Below are positions 25,505-36,900 of a stretch of DNA of 61,156 bases, one piece after another. Position 1 is the first letter of the stretch, and the number at the start of each line of letters is the position of its first letter. The notes under the pieces were generated by a model. The model was given only the letters and a program-made list of their open reading frames with translations. It searched no databases and had not been told where the DNA came from. Source of the DNA: Gekko japonicus (taxonomy: Eukaryota); the NCBI RefSeq assembly GCF_001447785.1, contig NW_015169920.1:1-61156 (forward strand), in the 5' to 3' direction. Position numbers and translations under genes: made by a program.

Positions 25505-26515
25505 CATCCCAGTAATAACCAAGCAGTCCTGGTAACAATGGTTTGTATCCTACTAAGCAAAGTTTGAAGCCGTCCTCCGGCCTCACACTGTGATCCCCGA
25601 GTAGAGTGACACCCTTCTAAGCCCACTGACTGCAAAAGACTCCGAAAGGTGTCACGAGGTCCTTCAGGTCTAGCTCTAGGGATCTGTCACTGGGTCTAGG
25701 TGTCTGGCACAGGGAGTTTTGACTCTTGAGAGTTCATACTCCCAAAATCTTGTTAGATCTCTAAGTTGCTACTGGACTCAAATCTACTAGGTTTGGGATG
25801 GCACCCCCCAACTTGTGGGGAGGGACTATGGCTCAGTGGGAGAGTCTCTGCTCAGCATGCAGAAAGTCCCAGGTTCAATCCCCGGTATCAACAGCTTAAA
25901 AAGGGATCAGATAGGAGGTTATGAGAAAGACCTCAGCCTGCGATCCCAGAGAGCTGCCACTGGTCTGAGTAGACAATGACTCGCCTTGGTGGATGACGGG
26001 TCTAAGGCCCCATCTGCATCGAGCATCTGCTCCGCTGTTTTACCAAACCCACACTGGAACGGAAAAAAGATGCGGCTCAAAACCACATTCCAATACCCCG
26101 GGGCCAACGCTGTACTGACTGCAGAGTCCCCCCTGAATGGCCATGAAACAGCCATAAATCTATGCAGACAGCGACCATAAAACCGAGAGATCAGAAGCGA
26201 AAGCAGCATGCACTCTGGACACTGCCATAAAAGCCGACAGTCAATCCAAGTGAAAGTGGCATGCAATGCAGAAGGGGATTTCTGTTCCAGCCTGGCTTTG
26301 GTAGGACAGCGGAGCAAATGCTAGATGCAGATTGGGCCTGAGTCAGTATGAGAGAGCTTCATGTATGTGGGTGCGAACATGTGTGGCTCTCCCTGAAATG
26401 GACCAAGGGGGTTGGTTTTGTAGTGCGAGATGAGGGGGGAGGGTTAAATGTTTTTTTTGGTCCATTTAGAGACTTTTATATATGTATTTGCTTTTAAGGT
26501 AACTAATGTTGTTAG

Positions 26516-26996
26516 CAGGGATCATTTCGTAGAAAGAGAGGTGCAGGAGCTCATTAGCATAACTTATTTGCATAAGCCACACCCCCTGACATCACCGGAA
26601 GCGTGTCAGAAGGCAACACCCACCGCTCAGGCTCCACTGGACTGTTTTGGATTGCTAGCTATTGGGGGGGGGGGACGTGCAGATCTGCCCTTGCAGAGGA
26701 CAGAGAGCTCGTACCTGAATAAAACTTGGTCTTAAAGGTGCTACTGGACTGTTTTGGATTGCTAGCTATGGGGNNNNNNNNNNNNNNNNNNNNNNNNNNN
26801 NNNNNNNNNNNNNNNNNNNNNNNNNNNNNNNNNNNNNNNNNNGGAACTCTGCAACTTACCTGGCTGCTTCTTGCTCCTCGTGGCCTGACTGAGGGCTGCT
26901 GGGAGCAGAGGGCGGGGCTTGTTGCATGTGCCCGCCCCCTGGGCTCCTTACTGCCGGAGCTCCGCTCCTGTGCACTCCCGCAGGAAATGACCCCTG
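26516..26996. mobile_element. hAT MITE family A (contains a gap)
   Basis: 8-bp TSD gttgttag. Confidence 0.9.
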
Positions 26997-27164
26997 GTTG
27001 TTAGCTCCCTTTAGCCTTTTGGAAAGGTGGCGTACAAGGTTTAAAAATGAAGTGCTGAGGGTTTGGGGGGTTTTTTTGAGTGATTTTTTCTTGCTAAACA
27101 AACAAACAGATTCCAATTCTAAAGGCAGCCACCTGTCTAGCAAAGCAGGAGGGAATGTCACACA

Positions 27165-27270
27165 GTATAGCCTGATCTTGTCAGATCTCAGAAGCTAAGC
27201 ACGGTGGGTACTTGGAAGGGAGACCACCAAGGAAGACTCTGCAGAGGACGGCAAGGGCCAAACCCACTCT
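27165..27270 (+). mobile_element. 5S rRNA-derived SINE (SINE3-like)
   Basis: gcctgatcttgtcagatctcagaagctaagca...tacttggaagggagacc follows the 5S internal control region, then a non-5S tail. Other copies ~11330-11470(-), 18262-18390(-), 33830-34005, 40558-40665(-). Confidence 0.78.
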
Positions 27271-27356
27271 NNNNNNNNNNNNNNNNNNNNNNNNNNNNNN
27301 NNNNNNNNNNNNNNNNNNNNNNNNNNNNNNNNNNNNNNNNNNNNNNNNNNNNNNNN

Positions 27357-27357
<1 letters not shown>

Positions 27358-27392
<35 letters not shown>
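27358..27392. repeat. (CA)n microsatellite
   Basis: Direct reading; next to a gap. Confidence 0.9.
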
Positions 27393-27395
<3 letters not shown>

Positions 27396-27467
27396 TCCGA
27401 GCAAAGTACAGACCACCAGCCACAGCAGCTTCCCATTGGGTGACGAACTTCCCAGTATGGTGTAGTA

Positions 27468-28070
27468 GAGAGCCAGTACGGTGTAGTGGTTAGGAGCACA
27501 GACTCTAATCTGGGAGAACCGGGTTTGATTCTGCACTCCTCCACATGCAGCTGCTGGTGTGACTTTAGGTCAGTCAAGAGTTCCTTCAGAGCTGTTCTCT
27601 CAGGAGCAGTCCTCAAAAGAGCTCTCTCAGCCCTACCTACCTCACAGGGTGTCTGTTGTGGGGAGGGGGAGGGAATGGAGAGTGTAAGCTGCTCTGAGAC
27701 TCCTTTGGGTAGTGAAGGGCAGGGTATAAATCCAATCTCCTCTTCCTCCTCCTTCGAAATCTCCAGTTGTCTATTAGAAACCTTGATGGGCAGATGTCCC
27801 CCCTGGCCCTGTCCACTTTCTAAAAACACTTGTCACTGGGTATGATTCCCCACTCCTCCACTTGCAGCTGCTGGTGTGACTTTAGGTCAGTCACGAGTTC
27901 CTTCAGGGCTGTTCTCTCAGGAGCAGTCCTCAAAAGAGCTCTCTCAGCCCTACCTACCTCACAGGGTGTCTGTTGTGGGGAGGGGAACGGAAAGGAGATT
28001 GTACGCCGTTCTGAGACTCCTTCGGGTAGTGAAGGGCGGGGGATAGATCCAATCTCTTCTTCTTCTTCCC
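27468..28070 (+). mobile_element. Squam3-type tRNA/CORE SINE, tandem pair
   Basis: Head tggtgtagtggtta...gggtttgattcccc, tail (TCC/TCT)n. Other copies at ~4043-4245, 16213-16440, 21222-21838(-), 33030-33540(-), 34338-34930(-), 46250-46405(-), 52763-52945. Confidence 0.82.
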
Positions 28071-28243
28071 ACTTCTGATAAAAACAGAAGGGGTGGTGGT
28101 GGCTTTGTTTCAGTTCTGTTTTCTGGACTTCTGGTTGGTTCTACAACCTGAATCCTATTTCATTGTTCACTCTCCCAGACCCAGTGAGTGAGTGAGTGAG
28201 TCAGTCAGCCAATCAATCAATTGATCAAATTGAGCACTTGAGA

Positions 28244-28995
28244 TAGGGTTACCAGGTCTGGGTTGGAAAATACCTGGAGAGTTTGGGGGTGAATCCGGGA
28301 GAGGGTGGTGTTTGGGGAAGGGAGAAACCTCAGCAGGGTATAATGTAGGCTTGCCAAGTCCCCCGGGGGAGGGCGGGGAAACCCCCGCCCCAGAGGCCCG
28401 TTCCCCGCTGCCGGCGGATGGGGCCCCAGGGGGAACCCCACCCCCAAAGCACGGGACGTGCCCGGCATCAGCACGTCACCCGGAAGTGACGCAGCCACAC
28501 CAGGGGCGCCGGGGGCGGGGCCGCGGTCATCTGAGGGAAAACTCTATGTTTTTCCCTCGGATGACCACAGCCCCACCCCTGGCGCGCCCGCATCAAAAAG
28601 TTCTTGGAGGCACCTGTGCACCTTCAACCAAGGTAGGCGACCACCAGTCTTTCTATGTCCCTCCAGTCAGGAGCCTAGGGTTGCCAAGTTGTTATTACTC
28701 ACCGGCGGGGGAGCGTTCCTTCGGTCCGGGAGCTGCCGCGGCATGGAAGTGACGCGCGACGTAGAGCACATTGGGGGCGTGGCCCCAGTCGTTGGAGGGA
28801 AAACCATAGAGTTTTCCCTCCAACGATTGGGGCCACGCCCCCAACGTGCTCTATGTGGTTGCGTCACTTCCTGTGACGCACCCACGCTGCACTTCGGGGG
28901 GCGGGGTTCCCCCCGGGGCCCGATTCAGCGGCGGCGGAAATTGGGCCTCTAAAGTGGGGGTTTTCCTGCCCCCCACCCCCACTTGGCAGCCCTAC
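28244..28995. mobile_element. Cluster of CpG-rich Blackjack-like MITEs
   Basis: TAGGGTTACCA, TAGGCTTGCCA and TAGGGTTGCCA starts with a TTGGCAGCCCTA end; internal aaaactctatg / accatagagtttt motifs shared with the 5675-6010 copy. Confidence 0.7.
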
Positions 28996-29111
28996 TTGAG
29001 AGGAACGGCTGTGTTCAGCTGGGGCGGCGGTTGGGGGAGACAAGCAGTCCCGGCCTGCTTTAACCCATTTGCTCTTTGCTGCCACTGCAGAGTCCTCTGA
29101 ATTCAGCGGCG

Positions 29112-29552
29112 ATGACGCTCATTCTGCAAGGGAGCAAAGCCCTGCTGCCGATCCTACTCCTTTGCTTTCTGGCTGTGACCGCCGTCTCCTCCCAGAGTCC
29201 TTTCTACACGCAGTTCCTCTGGCAGCATATCGACTTCCCCCGGAGCAACATAGCGCAGGACTATTGCGGGGTCATGATGCGACAGAGAGGGATGACAAGG
29301 CCTTGCAAAAACACCAACAGCTTTGTCCACATCTCCAAGAAAGATATTAAGGACATGTGCACTTGGGCGGCGACCTACTACCGCCGAAACCTGCGCCTCA
29401 GCAAGAAAGAGGTGCCCGTCACCACGTGCTTTCTGGAGAGGACGGCGCCTAACCGGTGCTTCTACTGGTCCTACACTGGGAAAAGATACATCTACATCAG
29501 CTGTGACAAAAAGGGGTGGCCTGTCCATTTTGAAGAGACCAATTTCATGTAG
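29112..29552 (+). CDS. Secreted RNase A superfamily protein, cationic, catalytic triad intact (146 aa)
   Basis: Signal peptide MTLILQ...AVSS; FLWQH, CKNTNSF, PVHF; 6 Cys in the mature chain. Acceptor gctctttgctgccactgcAG at 29089-29090; true ATG at 29112 (the ORF track starts upstream at a non-ATG codon). Confidence 0.96.
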   Translation: MTLILQGSKALLPILLLCFLAVTAVSSQSPFYTQFLWQHIDFPRSNIAQDYCGVMMRQRGMTRPCKNTNSFVHISKKDIKDMCTWAATYYRRNLRLSKKEVPVTTCFLERTAPNRCFYWSYTGKRYIYISCDKKGWPVHFEETNFM

Positions 29553-29674
29553 TGAGGATTCCCGACAGCAACGACCACAGAAATAATTGCTTGCACAAGT
29601 CGATGAAGGTAGAAATCCCCCCAGAGTTGATGTACGATAATCCTCTCCCCTATCACAGCAAAAAAGTTAAGACT

Positions 29675-30113
29675 GGCCCCGGTCACACGTAAGGGTTTGG
29701 GCCGGGTGAGGGACAGATCAGGGGCGCAGCAAATGGGCGCGATCTCACCACAACATCTGGGAAGCGGCGTGCACCCATCCCCGATCCGGCCCTTCAGGCC
29801 GAAAACCCGCTGCAAAAAAGAACCACCCCTAGAGATGGACTTACCAGAAAGGCCGCGGCAAGCGCGGCCGTGGGATCGCCGGCGCGTCCTTCTGCTGGCG
29901 CATCCGAGGCTCCTGGCCGAACTGCGCATGCTCACACATGCGCAGTTTGGCAGCCTCCCTCTCTGTGTCGTGGCTTTCTCCCCGGTCTCCCCGGCATCTG
30001 ATTGTGCTGGGGAGCAAGTGCACGGCGGCTCACGGGATCTGTGTGATCCCGCCGCCGTGTGCCTATTTTGGTGCGGCTTTCAAAAGCCGCACTTTACCCG
30101 CGCATTTCCCCCC
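29675..30113. mobile_element. CpG-rich Harbinger-like element just 3' of the second RNase CDS
   Basis: Starts GGCCCCGGTCACACG; reverse complement of 21345-21800. Confidence 0.75.
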
Positions 30114-31265
30114 TGAGTTGCTACTTGGCAAAGTCCCACCAGTATTCCCCATCCTCACTGGCAGTCAATGGAGTAGCAGGATGTGTGCAGAAATGGGGGG
30201 GGGGGACGGGGACACAGTGTTGCATGATGCCATAACATCACTTTGGGCTAGAACCAGGACATGGCATTGGTGCAATGTGCTAACGTCCTAGGGATTTTCC
30301 TGATCTCCATCTATGGGTTTTTACCCTAGAGATTTACCGTATCTATGGTTTTACCACAGAGACTGAGAGAAATCCCAGAGTGCCGTCACGTTGTGTCAGT
30401 GTCACTCCCAGGTTCCTAGCCAGAAACATGCAATGCTGTTTTGAAGTCTCTGCCTCCTGATGCTCCCACTGCAACTCAGTCCTGGGCTGGCAACCTTAAT
30501 CTACCATTCAGTTGTCCATTTACACAAAAATTACACTGGGTTTGATACAGCCGGCTTTTTCACAGGGTCTCGCTTAATTTCCCTTCTTACCACAGCCTCC
30601 ATCCCACATGGTTTTTGTACATGCCGGTCCCATGATCCCCAGCATAGACGGTTTTGGTAGCCAAGGGGGACTCTTCCTTCTTGTTTCGCCAGAACAAAAG
30701 GTGGATCCAGCCCAGTTGTTTCATTAAGAAAACATTCTTGGGTTGTGGTATTCTCTGTGTTAGATTGTCTACACAAAATCTGAAGAAATTAACCTAGATT
30801 TTATGGGGATGAATCATCTGTTTGGATTGGAGCAGAACAAGTTGGTACATATTTAAATCTTGGTAATTTTTGAGATGCTTGTTTTTATAAAATCAGATTG
30901 TGCTTTTGGGAGTTTAGCTCTGAGATATGGTTAAAGCACACATACGGGCACATAAACTTTATAAATTTTGTTGAAGACCGTGACTTCTCATCTTTAGGGG
31001 AAAAGAAGCTGATTCACCAAATTATTTATTTCCTTCCATGGCATTTATAAAGAACGGAAAATTCTGTCAGTTAACTTTGCCGTTGCAACAGGAGGCAATC
31101 ATCAGATTTTTTTTTTTTTAAACTATCCATGTTGTCGCTTGCTGGTATGATTCTGGATTTTGTATAATTTGGAAATGATCAATGGCAAATAAATGAGAGT
31201 CTCTTATTCAAGTCATAACTGATCACATTAACAGACCGGTCCTGTGCATTTTTACTCCGGTGTAA

Positions 31266-31494
31266 AGCTCCTGCCAACCTAGCAGTTCGAAAACAAGAAA
31301 CTGCAAGTAGATAAATAGGTACCACTTCGGTGGGAAGGTAACAGCGTTCCGTACGCCTTGGTGTTTAGTCATGCTGGCCACATGACCATGGAAACATCTT
31401 TGAACAGCACTAGCTCTTTGGCTTTGAAACAGAGATGAGCACTGCCCCCTAGAGTCGGATTCAACTAGCTTTTGAGCAAGGAAAACCTTTACCT
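31266..31494 (+). mobile_element. Sauria SINE, 5'-truncated
   Basis: Ends in ACCTTTACCTT. Confidence 0.85.
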
Positions 31495-33028
31495 TCTAAG
31501 ACTCTGGAAGATATGTAGTAAGGGATCAAGAGATCCTTAATGCATTTGAAAACTAAATATTTCCTGCTGCGCTGTAACATTTCCTGGATAGAACCCCTCT
31601 GCCCCCAACTGGTATGGGGAAAAATTTCTAAACAAATCAGACTAAAGAGGCTGAAATTCCTAGCCAGGGGCATTAGTAAACTCAAATGATGGATAAGTAA
31701 TCATTGGTCCAGGTAAATCATTGATCTATGGTTGCCAGCCTCCAGGAAGGCCCTGGAGCCCCCCCAGAATTACAAGCAGGCCCGTAGCCAGGGTTTTATG
31801 GCTTGTGGGGCAAAACATTTCCTGGTGGGCTGTCAGCTCCAATCTGCCCCCCCCCCGCGAGCCTGACCGCCGGCCACCATCCCTCTCCATCCCCTCCTGC
31901 AAGATTTAAAAGGCCCTCCAGCTGATCAGGGGGGAGCACGTGGCCGCTGATCAGCGGGAGGGCCCTTTCAATCTGGCAGGAGGGGAGGGAGAGGGGCACC
32001 AGCCATCCCCTGCTTCTTCCCAAAAGCATTTAAAGGATCCTGTCAAATCCTTTTAAGAAGTGGGGGGGGCATGCACGGCCTCCCCCCCAACTCATCTCAA
32101 AAAAATCTTCCCAAAAAACCACTTGTGGTGCTGGCCCTTTAAGGAAGGGGGGAGAGCCCCCAATAGCCCCATTGAAGCTATGGGCCAGACTACAAGTGAT
32201 CTCCGGAGTGACTACAGAGATCAGTTCCCCTAAAGGCAGCTTAAGAGGGTGGACTCGATAGCCCCACATCCCGGCTGAGCTCCCTCTCCTCCCCACACTC
32301 TGCCCTCCCCGGGGCCATTACCCCCAATCAGTGTTCCCTCTAAGCTGAGTTAGAGTGAGCTAGCCTTCCAAAGTAGCCATTTTCTCCAGAGGAAGCAATC
32401 TTTGTAGTCTGGAAATCAGTTGTCATCTTGGGAGTTCTCCAGGCCCCTACAGACCGTAAGTCCCACGCTAGGGATGCCAGCCTCCAGGTGAAACCTGGGG
32501 GTCCACTAGTATTACACCTCGTCTCCAGACCACAGAGTTCAGTTCCCCTGGAGAAAATGGATGCTTTGGAGGGTGGACTCTGTGGCATTGTATCCCACTG
32601 AGGTCTCTGTCCTCCCCCAGGCTCCACCCCCAAATCTCCAGAAGTTTCCCAGCCTGCATCTGACCAACCTACCCCCATCCCCTGCCAATCGTCAGGGGGG
32701 ACCCAGCAACCCTCAGCTTGAGAGGGGCCAGTGCTGAAAGCAACCCTGTTTCCCACTGAATTTTTCTAGCTTCTTCAGACCCAAACAGACTCCTGTTAGA
32801 AAGTTTCTCGTGTGGCAGGGCTGGGAAAGATTCATCTATAACACTACAAGCCGGCGTGGATCAAAGTAGACGGTAAAGGAAATGGAGATCTCTATCATAT
32901 TTTTTTAAATTATTAACAGATGTACTGGCGGGAGGGTTCTGGTCAGGGGTGTGGTGGCGGCAGCTGAGTGAACATTTTTTCTCTGGACCACTTGTGCCTC
33001 AAGTCCCAACTCTGACCAGTTAGTGAAA

Positions 33029-33091
33029 GAGAAGAAGAAGAAGAAGAAGAAGAAGAAGAAGAAGAAGAAGAAGAAGAAGAAGAAGAAGAAG
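33029..33091. repeat. (AAG)n microsatellite grown from a Squam3 tail
   Basis: About 20 perfect units abutting the SINE 3' end. Confidence 0.95.
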
Positions 33092-36000
33092 AGATTGGAT
33101 TTATACCTCACCCTTCACTACCCAGAGGAGTCTCAGAGCAGCTTACAAACTCCTGCCCCTCCCCACAACAGACACCCCATGAGCAATGTTCCCTCTAAGC
33201 TGAGTTCATGTGAGCTAGCTCACAGTTTCTTAGCCTCCGGCTCACAGAAAGGAGGGGGGGGGGAGGCAGAGGAGGAGGAGGAGGAGGAGATTGGATTTAT
33301 ACCCCGCCCTTCACTTGGAGTCTCAGAGCGGTTTACAAAGTCCTCTCCCTTCCCCTCCCCACAACAGACACCCTGTGAGGGGGGTGGGGCTGAAAGAGCT
33401 CTGACAGAAATGGCTCTTTTTCAAGAACAGCTGTGCCAGAACTATGGCTTGCCCCCAAGGTCATCCAGCCAGGTGCAAGGTGGGGAATCAAACCCGGTTC
33501 TCCCAGATCAGAGTCCGCGCACTTAACCACTACACCAAACAAAAGCAGCTTTAGAAAGCAGAACCAGTTAGGGAGGCAGCAGGGACAGGAAGAGTTCCCC
33601 AGTTCAAATAAGGACGACGAAATAACCAGTTTTACATTTATTTTTGTTCCCATCTGTTTTGTTTTGTTTTTTTGTTGGGGAAAGTTTTGGTCCACCCACA
33701 TCCCTTGCTGATTGTTTTGCTTATTTTAAGCACTGGGTGGTACGCAGTTTCACTTTTCCAATTTAGGCCTCATCTTGACCGTAAACAGATATCATTGGAA
33801 TGGCATTGTTAGGCTGGAAGGGAAGGCAGCGTGGTATAGCCTGAGCTCACCAGACCTGCAAAGCTAAGCGGGGCTGGTACTCAGATGGGAGACGACCAAA
33901 GAGGACTCTGCAGAGGAAGGCAACGGCAACCCACCCCTGCTTCTCACCGGGCTAGAAAGCCCCTTCCTGGGGTCACCATAACTCAGTTGCAACTTGATAG
34001 CACTTACCTGCGTACTGTGATGCTACAACTGTGCCAGCTCTTCCCTAAGAGTAAGTCCCATTGAATAAAATGGGACCCACTTCTGAGTCTATGTGCTTAG
34101 GATTGATCTCCTTCCCACTCCCACAAGTAATGGACTTCTGCTGTTGTAGTAGTGTATACTATTTTAAAAAGAAAAATGCATACATTTAACAGGGAAATCT
34201 TGGCATAAGGCAACAGAAAACAACATGAAAAGGAGAATGCACAGGTTTGATTCTCATAAAAAGATTAAGTGAAATCAAAATACACCTAGTAAGCTGGTAA
34301 AGTTCAACAGCATCCCTATTTTAAAAAAGAATTCTGAAGGAGGAGGAGGAGGAGGAGGAGATTTATACCCTGCCCTTCACTTGGAGTCTCAGAGCAGTTT
34401 ACAATCTCCTTTCCCTTCCCCTCCCCACAACAGNNNNNNNNNNNNNNNNNNNNNNNNNNNNNNNNNNNNNNNNNNNNNNNNNNNNNNNNNNNNNNNNNNN
34501 NNNNNNNNNNNNNNNNNNNNNNNNNNNNNNNNNNNNNNNNNNNNNNNNNNNNNNNNNNNNNNNNNNNNNNNNNNNNNNNNNNNNNNNNNNNNNNNNNNNN
34601 NNNNNNNNNNNNNNNNNNNNNNNNNNNNNNNNNNNNNNNNNNNNNNNNNNNNNNNNNNNNNNNNNNNNNNNNNNNNNNNNNNNNNNNCGCCCTTCACTAG
34701 CCAAAGGTGTCTCAGAGCGGCTTACAAACTCCTTTCCCTTCCCCTCCCCACAACAGACGCCCTCTGAGAGAGCTCTTGACAGAAACTGCTCTTTTTCAAG
34801 TACAACTCTTATCAGAACTACGGCTTGCCCAAGGTCATCCAGCCAGCCAGGTGCAAGGTGGAGGAGTGGGGAATCAAACCCGGTTCTCCTAGATGAGAGT
34901 CCGCGCACTGAACCACGACACCAAACTGGTTTGCAACTTTCCAGTGAACTCACACCCTCTGTACAGAATGGTTTGTCATCTCACTATGAATACTTTAAAT
35001 GATGTAATTTTTTTTACCTTCACTGGACCGAGGTCTGCCTTTTCCAGTCTTTCTCCATTCCACCCCTTTCCCATCCACTTGATTTAGGAACTTTTAGGAA
35101 CGCTGCCCCTCTATTCTCTGTACCCTCCTACAACACTAAACTTGGTGGTTTATTTCTTTGGAGGGCGGATTTCTGGACTTGCAGCTTATTGTTCAGAGTT
35201 CCTCTGGCTTCCTGATGGAGAGCCATATTGTGTGCCTCTGAGCTGCCTTCGGACGCCTTTGCCTGTTTCTACAGCCTGGGCAGGAACAAATGCTCCGAAT
35301 GTCCTTTGGTCCCCCACCCTAAGGAAGGTACCAACCAAGATGCCTTCTTTACAAAGGGCAGCTAGTTTGCTTGTTCCAGGAAGAACAAATTGCCTTTTGC
35401 AGCTGCACCGCCCCTTCCTTCTGATTTCCAGCCTAAACCAAACTCTTCAAGCTTTTTCGTAGAACAATCAGGGCATTGATCGTTAAGGGCCGAGCTTCAC
35501 AGGGTGACCAAGTTCCTCCTGGCCACTGATGGGGGGGGGGCAGGGGGAGGCTTGCGAGAAGTGGACAGAGGCCTAGGTCTCATCGCTGGCAATGCGGTGA
35601 TGTCGCCAGACTGTCGCTGGCATCACAGTAATGCTCCCGTATTTAGGCAAAAAGATCCACGGTCAAAGTGGCTTCTTCCATGGCGTTTCTGCTGCAACGC
35701 TGGGGAGATGATGACGTCGCTTCCAGGACTCAGTTCAGGCGCACGAGGCTCCTGCTCACAAAAAACCTCCAACTTTTAAAGGGTTCCTTAAGCAGCTGAA
35801 CTCCAAGTGGCGAATTCGCCGCTTGGAGTTCAGGAGTGTGGGGCAGCAGCATCCCTGCCAGTGTTCCCTCAAAGCTGAGTGAGTGTGAGCTAGCTCACAG
35901 CTTTTTAGCCTCCGGCTCACAGATTTTTGCCTGAACTCAGGAAGGAGGGCTCCAGGGCAAACCAATTTATGCAGCAGCCAAATCGCTCGCTCACAACTTT

Positions 36001-36706
36001 TTTTTTNNNNNNNNNNNNNNNNNNNNNNNNNNNNNNNNNNNNNNNNNNNNNNNNNNNNNNNNNNNNNNNNNNNNNNNNNNNNNNNNNNNNNNNNNNNNNN
36101 NNNNNNNNNNNNNNNNNNNNNNNNNNNNNNNNNNNNNNNNNNNNNNNNNNNNNNNNNNNNNNNNNNNNNNNNNNNNNNNNNNNNNNNNNNNNNNNNNNNN
36201 NNNNNNNNNNNNNNNNNNNNNNNNNNNNNNNNNNNNNNNNNNNNNNNNNNNNNNNNNNNNNNNNNNNNNNNNNNNNNNNNNNNNNNNNNNNNNNNNNNNN
36301 NNNNNNNNNNNNNNNNNNNNNNNNNNNNNNNNNNNNNNNNNNNNNNNNNNNNNNNNNNNNNNNNNNNNNNNNNNNNNNNNNNNNNNNNNNNNNNNNNNNN
36401 NNNNNNNNNNNNNNNNNNNNNNNNNNNNNNNNNNNNNNNNNNNNNNNNNNNNNNNNNNNNNNNNNNNNNNNNNNNNNNNNNNNNNNNNNNNNNNNNNNNN
36501 NNNNNNNNNNNNNNNNNNNNNNNNNNNNNNNNNNNNNNNNNNNNNNNNNNNNNNNNNNNNNNNNNNNNNNNNNNNNNNNNNNNNNNNNNNNNNNNNNNNN
36601 NNNNNNNNNNNNNNNNNNNNNNNNNNNNNNNNNNNNNNNNNNNNNNNNNNNNNNNNNNNNNNNNNNNNNNNNNNNNNNNNNNNNNNNNNNNNNNNNNNNN
36701 NNNNNN

Positions 36707-36900
36707 TATCATTCTCAGCCGTTTCAAACAGCTTATTCACATATTCTTGTTTCGTTGGTGTCTCCATTGTTTTCCAATATTTAGCATAGAAAATCCTTGC
36801 CGCTGTTGACAAATAAACAGTCAAATACCTATCTGCTTTATCAAAGTATTTTGGAAATATATTCAATAACAATATCTCTGGAGTAAATGGGACCTTGAAT
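36707..36900 (-). mobile_element. L1 ORF2 C-terminal fragment
   Basis: YLSTAARIFYAKYWK...PTKQEYVNKL; truncated by a gap. Confidence 0.72.

Noticed and set aside
27165-27270. 5S rRNA gene
   Set aside because: Diverged and partly deleted, fused to a retroposon tail and dispersed in several copies, so a SINE rather than rRNA.
33023-33526. Poly-Lys ORF of 167 aa
   Set aside because: Translation of the (AAG)n run and SINE sequence.
35756-36872. Long ORFs spanning N runs (also 18779-19279, 34381-34953, 51173-51916)
   Set aside because: Artefacts of assembly gaps.
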